DNA of 64,000 bases from Cyanidioschyzon merolae (lineage: Eukaryota), in assembly GCA_000091205.1 (NCBI GenBank), contig AP006490.2; one strand, given 5' to 3'. The position numbers and the translations under genes were made by a program. Below, piece by piece: positions 22,316-32,555 of this stretch; within the stretch, counting starts at the first letter, position 1; every line of letters starts with the position of its first letter. Under the pieces are notes generated by a model, which worked only from the letters and a program-made list of their open reading frames with translations, was not told where the DNA came from and did no database searches.

Positions 22316-25300
22316 TCAGGCCGGGGATGCTTTTTGCTCGGCCTGTTGGACCTGGCGCCTCTCCATAGCACTGTGTATTCGGGTCCTTGCGCGATACCAT
22401 ACCATGTCGGGCATGAGCGCAAGCACGAGCAACAGTCGCCATATGGGAGCCATCGGCGGATGCGCTGCTCTCGTACCGGGCGAGGTATACGGTATACCAC
22501 CAGACGCAGCGTCCTCAGCAACGGCTCCGGAAGCGACTCCATTTCCAGTTCTGTTCGGCGTCACCATTTTCGCAGACGCCTTGGTTCGCTCGTGATTTGA
22601 ATCCCGCTGACGCCAAGCACATGCTCGCAACAGCAGCAATGTGCAGAGTCGATTCACAAACGGATGATGGTGGGCATCGTAGGCGAGTGCTACCGTGGTG
22701 AACGCCGCAGTGAATCCGTCAAGTACGGACAGTTTCTTACGCCATGGATTCGAGTCGATCCGCCCGATGTACAAGGCAAAGAGGAGCAAGTAGATGACGA
22801 CGCGTCCGATAACCCACCAGATACCGCTGGCGAGGATCCAGGCCGACTCGCCAATATCCGTGAGGATAAACGCAAATACTCGCCGGCGGTATAATTGTGT
22901 CGCTACCATTCGGTTCAACATCCAGTAGCCCAGGGTGTTCTTCGTGATCGAAATGACACCCGTCGCGAGCCAGGTAAGCGCAATACCGAGTGCAATGACG
23001 CGCGAGCGACTCCAGGTGAGCAGGAAGAGCGAGCCCCCGATCACAATGGCCGTGAGCGCGAAACCCCAGAGCGTGCACCACGCCGACATGCCCACCACGA
23101 AGCTCACTCGATGCAACTTGTTTTTGTTGACCATGAATTCGCGGTCGACCAGGGAGTAACGACCGGACCGATACGCATGGTTCAGCTTGCGGTAATTCCC
23201 CGGCATCATGAAGCTCTCCGCCAGCGTCACCACGAGGCCAGCAACCGCACCAACCGAGAACGACACATAGACGACCCAGGGTGTCGGTGAGATGCGTGTG
23301 CCGCGTACCACCCAGCCGACATTCACAATGAAAGTCGCAAACCAAATGAGACCGGCAAACGAAGCGCAACTCAGAATGACCTGAAGAATTTGAGCAATCT
23401 GGATGCGAGCAGGAACCACTATACCCTCCTTTTCCAGTAAGCGACCGGTCCAAATTAAACGGTTCGACTCGCATGCGTAGAGAAACTTGCGCTTCGCATA
23501 TTGCAAAAAGTTTTCACGCGGTTGACCTAACTCGACAAAAACGGATAGATCACCGAGATCTTCAGCCCGACGCATCTTCTCATGCAAGCTGATCGCTTCA
23601 CGCATGAGCATGAGCGTCTTGCGTCGTCCCCAGGGGAGAAGTTGCTCGGATACCCGCTGGAAACGAGGCCTCCGGATCCACCTCGAACTCGAGCGAAACC
23701 ATGGAATTCGGGTCCGAAACAACGCCGATTGGACCATAGCCAGATATGCCTGATAGAATAGACAGATGCCCCCGAATATTGTGGTAACAATCATCAGCGC
23801 CGAATAGGGTCCCGAACGCAGGTCCGTACGCAGCCGCGAAAACTCGGAACTGCCCCAGTTGATGCGCACCAGGAACCAGGTGACGAAAAAAGGCACAAAC
23901 GTAGAAACTATCGTTACCCAAGCGGAGATTAGCGCGGACATGGGCGTCGACAGGCGGCAGTTCACCATGTTCAGCGGTACCAGAATGATGAGGCCCACGA
24001 TCACACTGAGCAACAGCGTCATGATCCACGAATAACCGACTCGTGCCATGACACAGACCGTTGAGCTACATTTCCACGCCAGGTCGACCACGTACAACAG
24101 CGCAATCCCGTACGTTACAACTGTTAGAATAAAGAAAAGAAAGACGAGCATGGTGTAGCTCAGGGAGCGCGCATCGTCCAGCACCATGTCGAGGACCTTC
24201 TGAGAGTCACGAACCATGCGCATACCCACATCCACGACTCGCTGGGCTTGCTTCCGGAGCTGCTTCGAGGTCGTCTGCGCGAAGCTCTTGCCACGGCTGC
24301 GCAGTCGATGCTCGTCGTTGTCGCTTTTCCGGTGCTGGGGTGTCGACGCGCCGCTTGAGACTGTCGAGCTCGGCTCTGGAGTCAGGGTCGATGCTTCGGG
24401 TGTCGGCTCCGCAGTTTCCGCATCGTGACACCCGCTATGAAAGTCTGTCATGGTGAGCAGCGTCTCTTCGCCGGGTACCAGCGCAACCGAGCCTCCGCTT
24501 TCGGCCACTTCGCGGATGATAGCCAGTTCTGATATGGGGATATCGCGTTCGAGTTCCACCCCGGTGAAAGCTTCAAAGGCTGCGTCGCAATCATCAAAGT
24601 ACGTCGCAGTTCCGACACCATCGCTCTCAGTGACGTAGAAACCGTCGGCTCCGCCTCGGCCGCCGTGAATGCTCGCCAGCTCAAAATAGTCTGCCACAAG
24701 CAGAGAACGAAATGTATCCAAGTCGCACTTGTCCGAGCCGATCTCTGCAAAAAGCAGGCCCACGAGTGGTATGAGGCTTTTCTCTCCAACACGGTACATG
24801 TAGGCGCGAAGCCGCTCTGGTGTGAGGACGGCATCCTCGTCGCCGCCCGCGAGTGCCTCGAACGCCAGTCGGATAGCGACATCAGGCACTTCGAGATCGT
24901 CGTTGATATCAAAGGTGTGCTCGATAGAGACACGGTTACGCATTCCGGAGGCGGCTGCTTGCATTCGTGAATGCCACAGAGAGCATCGCCATAGTTCGGG
25001 CCCGAATAGTTCCGCGGCAATCTCTGCCAAGTCGAGCTCGGGGTTCGTGGGTGGCATGGTCTCCGGTTCCGGGTGGCCAGTGCGCTCACCAGCGCACGCG
25101 TCGCCCTTGTTCGTCTGAGGAGCCGCCTCTTCGTCCTCAATCCTGCTACTCGCAACTGGGGATTGTGCACGCTGCGTAACCACGGTTGTGTCTAGAATCA
25201 GGGTTGAGTCGTGATTTGGCGGTGTTGTAGCGGCAGCTTGATCGCGCCAGGCTTCGAAACTGCGTTCAGACTCGAGGAGCTGGCAACGTTTTACCAGTTC

Positions 25301-25858
25301 AAACAGCGCCTCTGTGTCCGCAAACCGTAACAGATTTTCCTCTTCTTGATGCTGCTTTTCCAGTGCGAACGCTTTTATTCGGTAACGGCTTCGAAGAAAC
25401 CATGAGACGTCCTGCTCTGTGACGATACCGTCGTGTCGCTCCGAGGACTGCGTTGTTCGCATCAACGCTGCAGCATACAGTAGTTCTGCCAACGCTTGCT
25501 TGTAGCCGGTGGGCAGCTGGAAGTGCATCGGCGTACCGACGATGCGGAATAACCTCTGCCGCTCCGGAGGCGGGGCATCCGCAACGACCTTCGCTGACGG
25601 CTCGCCGTGCGAACGGTGCCAATGAAATGACATGGCCTGCGAAGCCACTGTAGTTGCACTGCGACGAATCGAAGAGGTGAGCCAGCTTGTCACACGCCGA
25701 TGTGAAGCCGCTTCCGAGCTCTTTCCACTCGAACTTGCGGTTTCCACTTGGTCTGGCATGATGACGTATACGGTGAGCAGCGCACACCGGGAACAAAAAC
25801 TACAGATCGATCGCGTACTGGTGGAAAAGAACGCATCACTCGCAACGTGTCCATTCAA
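22316..25858 (-). CDS. Large polytopic membrane protein (1180 aa). An acidic soluble N-terminal half of about 520 aa is followed by a domain of 12 or more predicted TM helices. Function unknown.
   Basis: Long ORF. Clear alternation of hydrophobic helices ('LVFLFFILTVVTYGIALLYVV', 'LLSVIVGLIILVPL', 'IVTTIFGGICLFYQAYLAMV' and others) with charged loops. Confidence 0.5.
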   Translation of the reverse strand: MNGHVASDAFFSTSTRSICSFCSRCALLTVYVIMPDQVETASSSGKSSEAASHRRVTSWLTSSIRRSATTVASQAMSFHWHRSHGEPSAKVVADAPPPERQRLFRIVGTPMHFQLPTGYKQALAELLYAAALMRTTQSSERHDGIVTEQDVSWFLRSRYRIKAFALEKQHQEEENLLRFADTEALFELVKRCQLLESERSFEAWRDQAAATTPPNHDSTLILDTTVVTQRAQSPVASSRIEDEEAAPQTNKGDACAGERTGHPEPETMPPTNPELDLAEIAAELFGPELWRCSLWHSRMQAAASGMRNRVSIEHTFDINDDLEVPDVAIRLAFEALAGGDEDAVLTPERLRAYMYRVGEKSLIPLVGLLFAEIGSDKCDLDTFRSLLVADYFELASIHGGRGGADGFYVTESDGVGTATYFDDCDAAFEAFTGVELERDIPISELAIIREVAESGGSVALVPGEETLLTMTDFHSGCHDAETAEPTPEASTLTPEPSSTVSSGASTPQHRKSDNDEHRLRSRGKSFAQTTSKQLRKQAQRVVDVGMRMVRDSQKVLDMVLDDARSLSYTMLVFLFFILTVVTYGIALLYVVDLAWKCSSTVCVMARVGYSWIMTLLLSVIVGLIILVPLNMVNCRLSTPMSALISAWVTIVSTFVPFFVTWFLVRINWGSSEFSRLRTDLRSGPYSALMIVTTIFGGICLFYQAYLAMVQSALFRTRIPWFRSSSRWIRRPRFQRVSEQLLPWGRRKTLMLMREAISLHEKMRRAEDLGDLSVFVELGQPRENFLQYAKRKFLYACESNRLIWTGRLLEKEGIVVPARIQIAQILQVILSCASFAGLIWFATFIVNVGWVVRGTRISPTPWVVYVSFSVGAVAGLVVTLAESFMMPGNYRKLNHAYRSGRYSLVDREFMVNKNKLHRVSFVVGMSAWCTLWGFALTAIVIGGSLFLLTWSRSRVIALGIALTWLATGVISITKNTLGYWMLNRMVATQLYRRRVFAFILTDIGESAWILASGIWWVIGRVVIYLLLFALYIGRIDSNPWRKKLSVLDGFTAAFTTVALAYDAHHHPFVNRLCTLLLLRACAWRQRDSNHERTKASAKMVTPNRTGNGVASGAVAEDAASGGIPYTSPGTRAAHPPMAPIWRLLLVLALMPDMVWYRARTRIHSAMERRQVQQAEQKASPA

Positions 25859-26939
25859 TACCAGAATTGTACAGATATATTCAGAAAAATTCGAAATTGT
25901 GTCCGTTCATCTTGCGCGCAGCGCAGCCGCTTCTTTTCCACAGCAGCGGCTACGGTCGCGCACCCCACGCTCCGGATGCGCCTACACGGTGTTTGGCGAA
26001 ACGGTGATCCGAGGCCATCGATCCTCGCCCGAATTCCAAGTTCCATCATCCATGCTGCTTCTCGGATATACTGATTACCTTATGGGTTCTATCCTTCGCC
26101 GAGTGCCTGCCTTGCTGCATCCGTGATAGCGCGTATGCCGCTGGTGCGGATGCATGACGGAGACTGTACGGCTTTGCCGTACCGCTGAGGGCGTCGACTC
26201 GAGGTGGGATTCCCCTCACACGGGGTCGGGATTCATGATCATGCTGGGAGCCTGCGGCAGTGCAAAGCGATATCCTAGAAGGCTACCACGATCAGGGCGG
26301 CGCCTAGACGCAGCATACCCGCTGCAAGTCTCAGAATCGGCTGCGTTACGGACAGGCTGCTCAGATCGCACTACAGCACCCGCTACCAAATGGGAACGTG
26401 AAGCACTGGCGTGGCAGGCTCGTCCGGCTCACGGGACCGCACCCCTTGAAGGTAAACTTTCGAAAATAGGGGAAGCGTTTCCCATTTTCTAACGTTTACC
26501 ATGCGGGTCGAACGAACTTGTTATATCGTTACTAGTAAGTTCTTAGTTTGTGGTCTTTGTTCTATATAGTGCGGTCGAGATGCGCACCTGCATTTCTGGT
26601 AGGCGTGAGATACGACGCGCATCTCGCCGTTGAAGGGGAACGCGATCCTGACCGTTAGCGTGCCGCTCTAACTTACAAGTTGGATCGACGTTGAAGTGAT
26701 TGCAAAGCATAGGCTTTCAATTCAATTGTATTTCAACCCTCAAGTGAGTGTATTCAAGTGCTTCTTCGCGGTTTATAGCAGACGCGTTCAAAGCGCGTTC
26801 GTTTTCGAATGTGAAAAAGAAAAGGTATAGACATGCAAGTCGAGGATTCTGGAGGCCCGATGTCGCCGGATTCGACAGCAAAAAACGAGAAAAAACCCGC
26901 ATCTCGCCTGCTGCCGGACGAAGGAGAGCATGTGACGTA

Positions 26940-27306
26940 GTAAAAAGAAGAAGGTAGATAGAAGAGAAAAGATGTTGCGTCGACGGGACGATGACGAGAG
27001 TGTAGTGGCACAGAGGGCACGCAGTTCAGGAACCCTTGCAATCGTGAGTTCCACCAGAGGCAATGAATGCATGGAGCTCGTGACCCAAGACTTTAACGCC
27101 GCCATCCAGACCAGACGAAATGTGGTGCTGAAGACGAGATCCGAGACGCTGAAGCGAGCCAGCTTCCTGGGAGCATCCTTCTGGGGTCGAAGTGTGCATG
27201 CAGAAATTGAAACTGATAGCAGGTCACGGGTCAAAATAGGCAGAGAGGCGTCTGCGGGTGGATGCGCTTTTACCCTCCATGGCCGTGAAACGTTGTTCGT
27301 TTCGCT
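26940..27306 (+). mobile_element. 5'-truncated copy B1 of the TnpB/Fanzor-like element: C-terminal coding remnant plus conserved 3' terminal block.
   Basis: 27000-27255 aligns with the minus strand of 1-230 and with 30468-30600. The 3' block 27245-27306 ('gcgtctgcgggtg...cgtgaaacgttgttcgtttcgctga') is nearly identical to 30600-30664. Confidence 0.5.
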
Positions 27307-27322
27307 GAACGTGTTTGTCTGA
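26972..27322 (+). pseudogene. Degenerate TnpB/Fanzor C-terminal fragment. The ORF runs on into the non-coding 3' block.
   Basis: 'ECMELVTQDFNAAIQTRRNVVLKT' is homologous to 'CRACMEFVNRDLSAAINIRRCAVLKT' of copy A. The Asp of DxNAA is kept, the cysteines are mostly lost, and there are frameshifts upstream. Confidence 0.5.
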
Positions 27323-27854
27323 CAGAAGCCGTTTAGAATGTCCAGGGATCCCCGATTATGTGATGGATATCAGCAGTCGGGAAAGCGTTCATCGTCGCAC
27401 CTATATCCAAGTTCCTTTATCTCGATGTGGGTGATCTGCGCTGCTGCGGCTGTAGCTGGCAATCCAGCCGCAATCTATGGATTCGCGTGATGCATTCTGA
27501 CTGGGCATGTTGGCATTGTCACGAGGTCCAGCGCATAGAGCGTGTAAATGCGAATACAATGATCAAGTACGGACTGCCATTGGTGCAGAATTGTCTGGGG
27601 TAGAGATCGGTCTAGGTATTGTACATGGAGCAGGTAAACAGCGACCCAAGGATCAAGTATGAATTGGAACTCTTTACGGAAATGTCTGGGAGGAACTCCG
27701 TGACTCCTTTGCACTGTGGCTCTCTATCTCTCCAAGATTCAGGCCTTCGGAATGAAGGCATGCGTAAGGTGCTCGATTCTGTTCGGCTTCTCGGTCAGCG
27801 AGGAGAAGGTCTTACGACAAAGGCATCGCGATAGAGCCGCCTCTCGAGATGCGA

Positions 27855-28871
27855 TTACCCAGCCTCATGGGGACAAAGACCGCGGCCGTAGACGCTAGCC
27901 CTCCGTGTGATCCGCTCTAGCACGAACGGTTTGCAGTCCAAATCAACGATCGTATGATCGATCACAAAGCCTTGCTCGTCAATTCGGATGAGAATGGAAC
28001 AGTCGTTCGCAATGCACGCCAAGTTGTACAGTGCGTAAAACTGATCAGACCCGGGCTCCGATGCAGCGCTCAGTTCGATATGCGACCAGATGATCGACTG
28101 ATTCTGGACAAGCCAGATCGCTGCTCGTCTGTCAAGAGTCTTGCCCACGAACCAGCTTAGGCGCTCATCACGACTCGCTCCACTGCGTAGGCGTCTACCA
28201 AACGGCGTTGAAAGCAACCGTCTTCTTTCAAGCTCGAATAAACGCTTCACAAGCGCATGGTCACACGAGTGAAGTTGCTGAACGCGATGCACTCTGGCAA
28301 GCGCGGGCGATGTCTGGATAACGCGCGCCATCCAGTCCACTAGACTCGATCCGGCTCGAAAGCGCTGCATCGCTTCAGAGAGGCATTGCTCTCCGTGCAA
28401 CCAGTGCAGGCGGAGGAGTTTTCGCAGCTGTTGCGGGCCTTCGAGAAGTGAGCGCAGCGCGCTGCGGCAGAGGTCCAGATCATTTGCAAAGAGATCGCAG
28501 GCGCGATAGGAGAGACGCTCAAAGCTACCGCACCTCTTCGGTTTGATTTCGATAGTGAGAAAAGGAACTCGTTCGGCACCGTGATCGGAGACCGCCATTG
28601 GCGTCAGCAGATTCGGCTGGTACTCAGCGAAATCGTTCACTCGTTCTCTTCGTACGGCGAACGGTTCGAAGATACGTTCAACAGCGCGTCGAAGGGGCTC
28701 TGAGTCCAGAGAACGCTCCAGCCGCAACCGCAACACCAGCCTACTGTCCCTCGGCGACGTGAGAAGCAGAGCAGATGAGCCGCGAGCAAGCACTTTCCAG
28801 AGTTGCTCTCTTCTCTCAAGGTCTGCGTGAGCTTCTTCATAAGCGTTGCTTCCACGTTTCGAACCACTCAT
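27855..28871 (-). CDS. Inositol-pentakisphosphate 2-kinase (IPK1).
   Basis: 'LTIEIKPKRCGS' (IPK1 'EIKPKWGFL' motif), 'DCSILI' (IPK1 'DCSIMI') and 'IVDLDCKP' (IPK1 'IIDLDLK'). Confidence 0.6.
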   Translation of the reverse strand: MSGSKRGSNAYEEAHADLERREQLWKVLARGSSALLLTSPRDSRLVLRLRLERSLDSEPLRRAVERIFEPFAVRRERVNDFAEYQPNLLTPMAVSDHGAERVPFLTIEIKPKRCGSFERLSYRACDLFANDLDLCRSALRSLLEGPQQLRKLLRLHWLHGEQCLSEAMQRFRAGSSLVDWMARVIQTSPALARVHRVQQLHSCDHALVKRLFELERRRLLSTPFGRRLRSGASRDERLSWFVGKTLDRRAAIWLVQNQSIIWSHIELSAASEPGSDQFYALYNLACIANDCSILIRIDEQGFVIDHTIVDLDCKPFVLERITRRASVYGRGLCPHEAG

Positions 28872-29169
28872 GAGCGCGCGCCTTAATTATAGGCATACTT
28901 TTCGGCGCAAGGTGGTCCCGTTCGTTCTGGAGGCGCACTACTACTACTGCTGCTACTGCTGTTGCTATCTTTGAACGTTGTCTATTCCACTTCTAGAAGG
29001 GTGGACATGAACCTGTTCACGGCGGCTACCCTGCAGATCAACACCCCAGTCGTTGACGTCATTACCAAAGGTCGAATACGACAACGTACGGACAGTTTGG
29101 ATACAGCCGCGCTGCTCGCTTGGTTGCTTGGCGGCGACGCGTTGAGCAACGCAACCGGCCCTCGATGAC

Positions 29170-30670
29170 GTTCTGCAGCGTGTTCCAGTCTTTCAACTCA
29201 AATTGGTTCATCCCCATTGTGGGGTATAGTAGGCGGTAGGCATCACGACGCAGTATAACCATAGATTGTAGAAGAATTGCCTGTATGATCGATTCTGTAC
29301 CGAACAGTGAAAGGAAGATTGCATTCCTCCTTCAGTGCTGTCATACAACAGGATTCGGATGGTTGACGGGCACTGAAAGGAAGAAGTATTTACGCTCAAG
29401 GCCAAAAACAGATGCTCTCGAAGAATGCGTGCAATCAATTGAAGAAATCGATCCGTGGATCACTTTATGGAAAGCAAAAACGACTATTGTAGCCGCAAAG
29501 GGCGCTTCTGTTTCTGAACAGCTCGTTCCAGTGATCCAGAAAACACTGGGATACAGTCTCAAAAAAATATTTTAGTCGGCGAATGGCCATCTTCCACCGA
29601 TATCGCAACGACACCGCTCCTGGAACGTCGCTCTCGGTATGAATCACCGCCAACTCTGTTTGTTTCCCAGTCGATGAGACTTGCTTCGGATGAAACGAGC
29701 GGAGCTTATACGGGTATACGCGGAGCAGGGCACCCGTTACGTTTCCGATCAAGCTCGAGGAGATCGACGAAATCATCTCTTCTAGCTGTAGTGAATGCTT
29801 TTCGCGGCCTCGGTTTCTCTCGTAGAGAAGGCTCACACAGCGGCACCCTCTGCGTCGATTCATTGAGGACTTTTCCCTGACATCTGGTGACGTCCTTCTA
29901 TTGGGCAACGTGACATTCCACTGTTACTCTTGCGTTCCAGCTTTTGCCAGTTCTATCGGGGAGTAGAGCTGCTTTTCATGCCTCCGAAATCTCCGTAGTT
30001 CAGCCCCTTGTAGGAGTGTTTTCGATCGAGAATAGTAATGAACGCTCCATTGGCTGAATTGCTGAGCGTTCAGCACACGGTGACAAACCGGAGCACATGT
30101 GGTTTATCTTGCAAAAAGTCGTCCTCGCTCCGGAAAGACGCTCACCCAACAGCATAAACAAGTGCGTTCATTTGAACGGTTCAAAAATCTAGGGGAAAGA
30201 TATTGATATGAAATTCGAGGATCCTGGAACGCAGTCACCGGAGGTTGCCGAAAAAACGGAAAAATCCTCTTCTCATCCAGCATCGAGTGAAGAAGAACAA
30301 GTGTCGCAAGGAGGCGAAGCGGAGATATATTCGAGAAATGGTGTTTGACGGATGGGACCTTGACGAGACTTGAATGGCACGGAGGACACGAATTTGAGGA
30401 ATGAGTTCAACCGGCGGCAATAATCGCACTGGGTTCTGGAATCGTATCGTATACCTCGTCCTCAATCTCAGGAAATGTGCGGAGCTGAAAAAGAGACCTG
30501 CGTAGCTGACGCGATCCAACTTCATAGGATAACCTCTCAGGCTCGTAGCGTGCCTGCATAAACTGAAACCGAGAGCAGCTCATCGCTCAAGAAAGGCTCG
30601 GAGGTGTCTGCGGGTGTGTATATATTTATCCTCCGCGGTCGTGAAACGTTGTTCGTTTTACTGATAACAT
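29170..30670 (+). mobile_element. Copy B2 of the TnpB/Fanzor-like element. It has full-length homology to copy A but is frameshifted. The 3' end is about 30664.
   Basis: The reverse complement of 29170-29560 aligns with 994-1370. The + ORF 'KAKTTIVAAKGASVSEQLVPVIQKTL' is a frame-conserved homologue of A's 'KAKATIVATTGASVSPQLVRGVLKSL'. 30468-30664 aligns with the A and B1 3' regions. Confidence 0.5.
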
Positions 30671-30989
30671 ATATATGCAGCGCCCAAGTTTCAAGGCATT
30701 TGCAACGAGGATGCAGGTTTCGATGGATGCGCATACAAGGCCGCGGCATCTTCGGAGATCGTGGATGGTGTACTGCCTGCTGCATGGTACAGAATCGATG
30801 AAGTTGATCCGAGTCTTGTGGATGTATGAATCATTTCCGCAGCCGAGAAGCGGGCATCGATTCCATCAAAGAAAATTCCGCATGCTGCCGATGCTGTACC
30901 CGAGTCAGATTAGAATGGAGCACTGTACTGCTCGTTATGATCAAGCCTTTTGTTTTTTGAACTAATTTGCGGGTACAGTCTTGACGTTC

Positions 30990-32200
30990 GAAGTGAATCA
31001 ACCGGGTTGAAGGATTCATGAGTAGTTTCAGGAGTCTCGATCGTCGTTGCCGGGCAGCCGCTTAGCCGCGTGGCTGCTGGTATTCGTTACGGCACCGGGA
31101 TCAAGGTGCATCGCGACGCCCACGAATTGAGGTTCGTAATATAGTCGACTCGTATACCGATGCATGCGTTCGAGCCGGCACTCTTCGCCTTTTCTAGCGT
31201 TCAGTACGCTCACGTCACGCATAGTTCGCGCCTTCGATCGTGCGGTTTCCCAGCAACAACACATGGGCGCAGCAGTTCGCGCTGCCCCACTGACGAGGAA
31301 GCGTACGCGCCGTCATCGCTTGAACGAATTGCTCAGAGGCACACACGCCGAGCATTCACTGCACTGGGCACCTGCAATACTCGATTCCACTCGAATGATG
31401 CATCGTCCATGCTTGTGCGCATCGACGCAACCGCACGCAACCGCACCCAGCAGCAGCAGCAGCAACAAAAACAACAACATAGTACATCTCACGGGATACG
31501 CTCGGGGAAGCTCCCGTCTCTTTCCTATAGACGGAAAAGGGTCGTGCACCAGGGCTCGCGTCATCGCGGCGATCATATGCCGTGGAGCGTGCGACACCGC
31601 GTTGCATGGACGCAGCTCAGCCGGATCGACTGTGTGTTTGCGTCATGGAGTTTCCTTGCTGCACGTGCTCCACCAGGGACAGCATCGCGATCCACAAATC
31701 CGCCAGTGAATGGAATAGTGTGTACGCTTGCGCGCCCAGCGGACGCGGGACTTGTTGCCCTGATCGCCCGCAGCAGGTCCGTGGTCGTAGCGTGCGATAC
31801 CAGTCGCGGGAGCGTGGGGGCGTATGCAGGCGAGCACGCTGTACCCGTTCGGATCCTGGAACCAAGGGATGAAGCGAGCGCCTACTCGCCGCAGCGCAGC
31901 GCTCGGTGCCTGACATGTGGTGGACGCGCACGGGAAGCGCCTCTCGGTAGTCACGCGTGACTGCTCCTGAGCCATGCCGCCGTTGTATGCAAACCAGATG
32001 GACATGAATAACGACGCGTCGATCGCAACGACCACCTGCGCGTGAAACGCGTTGAGCACAGCCGGACTCCGCGGGATCGGGACTCGAATGGTGCCATCAG
32101 CATCCCTCGAGTGTTGATCATAGAGCCAGAGGGAACAGAGAGACCAGCGTATTGGAAATCGGCGGTAACAGAGACAGAATAAGAGCAGTCGCAGTAATAG
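30990..32200 (+). repeat. Copy 1 of a 1.2-kb direct repeat.
   Basis: About 98% identical to 37406-38610. Similarity decays at both edges. Contains a (CAG)n(CAA)n tract at 31448-31480. Confidence 0.95.
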
Positions 32201-32464
32201 ACTCCAAAACTTTATCATGGTAACAGGGGCAAGAAACCAAAACTTGAGCATGTTTACCCAGTTGTCTCTGCGTGGACGTATTCCATTTCATTCCGACACG
32301 GGTGCAAGGCCGCCAGTCGCAGTGTAACGAGGCACACCAGCCTCGGTGCGATGCTTCCGGAGTAACGCGCTGAAGCGGTGTCGCCTCATCGGATCGCTCT
32401 GCACTTGATGGATGGCGCCACGAGGGCCACAGAAAAGCAGACGGCGCGCGGGCGAGCGCATGCA

Positions 32465-32555
32465 CATCATGCGTGCGTGCGTGCGTGCATGCAGGACGCG
32501 ACAGCACGGAGGAGGCGCCGCCGCACGGACGCACGCACGCAAGCACGCACGCGTA
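32465..32555. repeat. Alternating purine-pyrimidine (GCGT)n / (GCAC)n tracts with Z-DNA potential.
   Basis: 'gcgtgcgtgcgtgcgtgcatgc' and 'gcacggacgcacgcacgcaagcacgcacgcgt'. Confidence 0.8.

Noticed and set aside
31160-31960. 266-aa ORF inside repeat copy 1
   Set aside because: The same ORF is broken by an in-frame TAA in copy 2 (37851-37892). It has no recognisable motif and an R/S/A-rich composition, so I did not call it.
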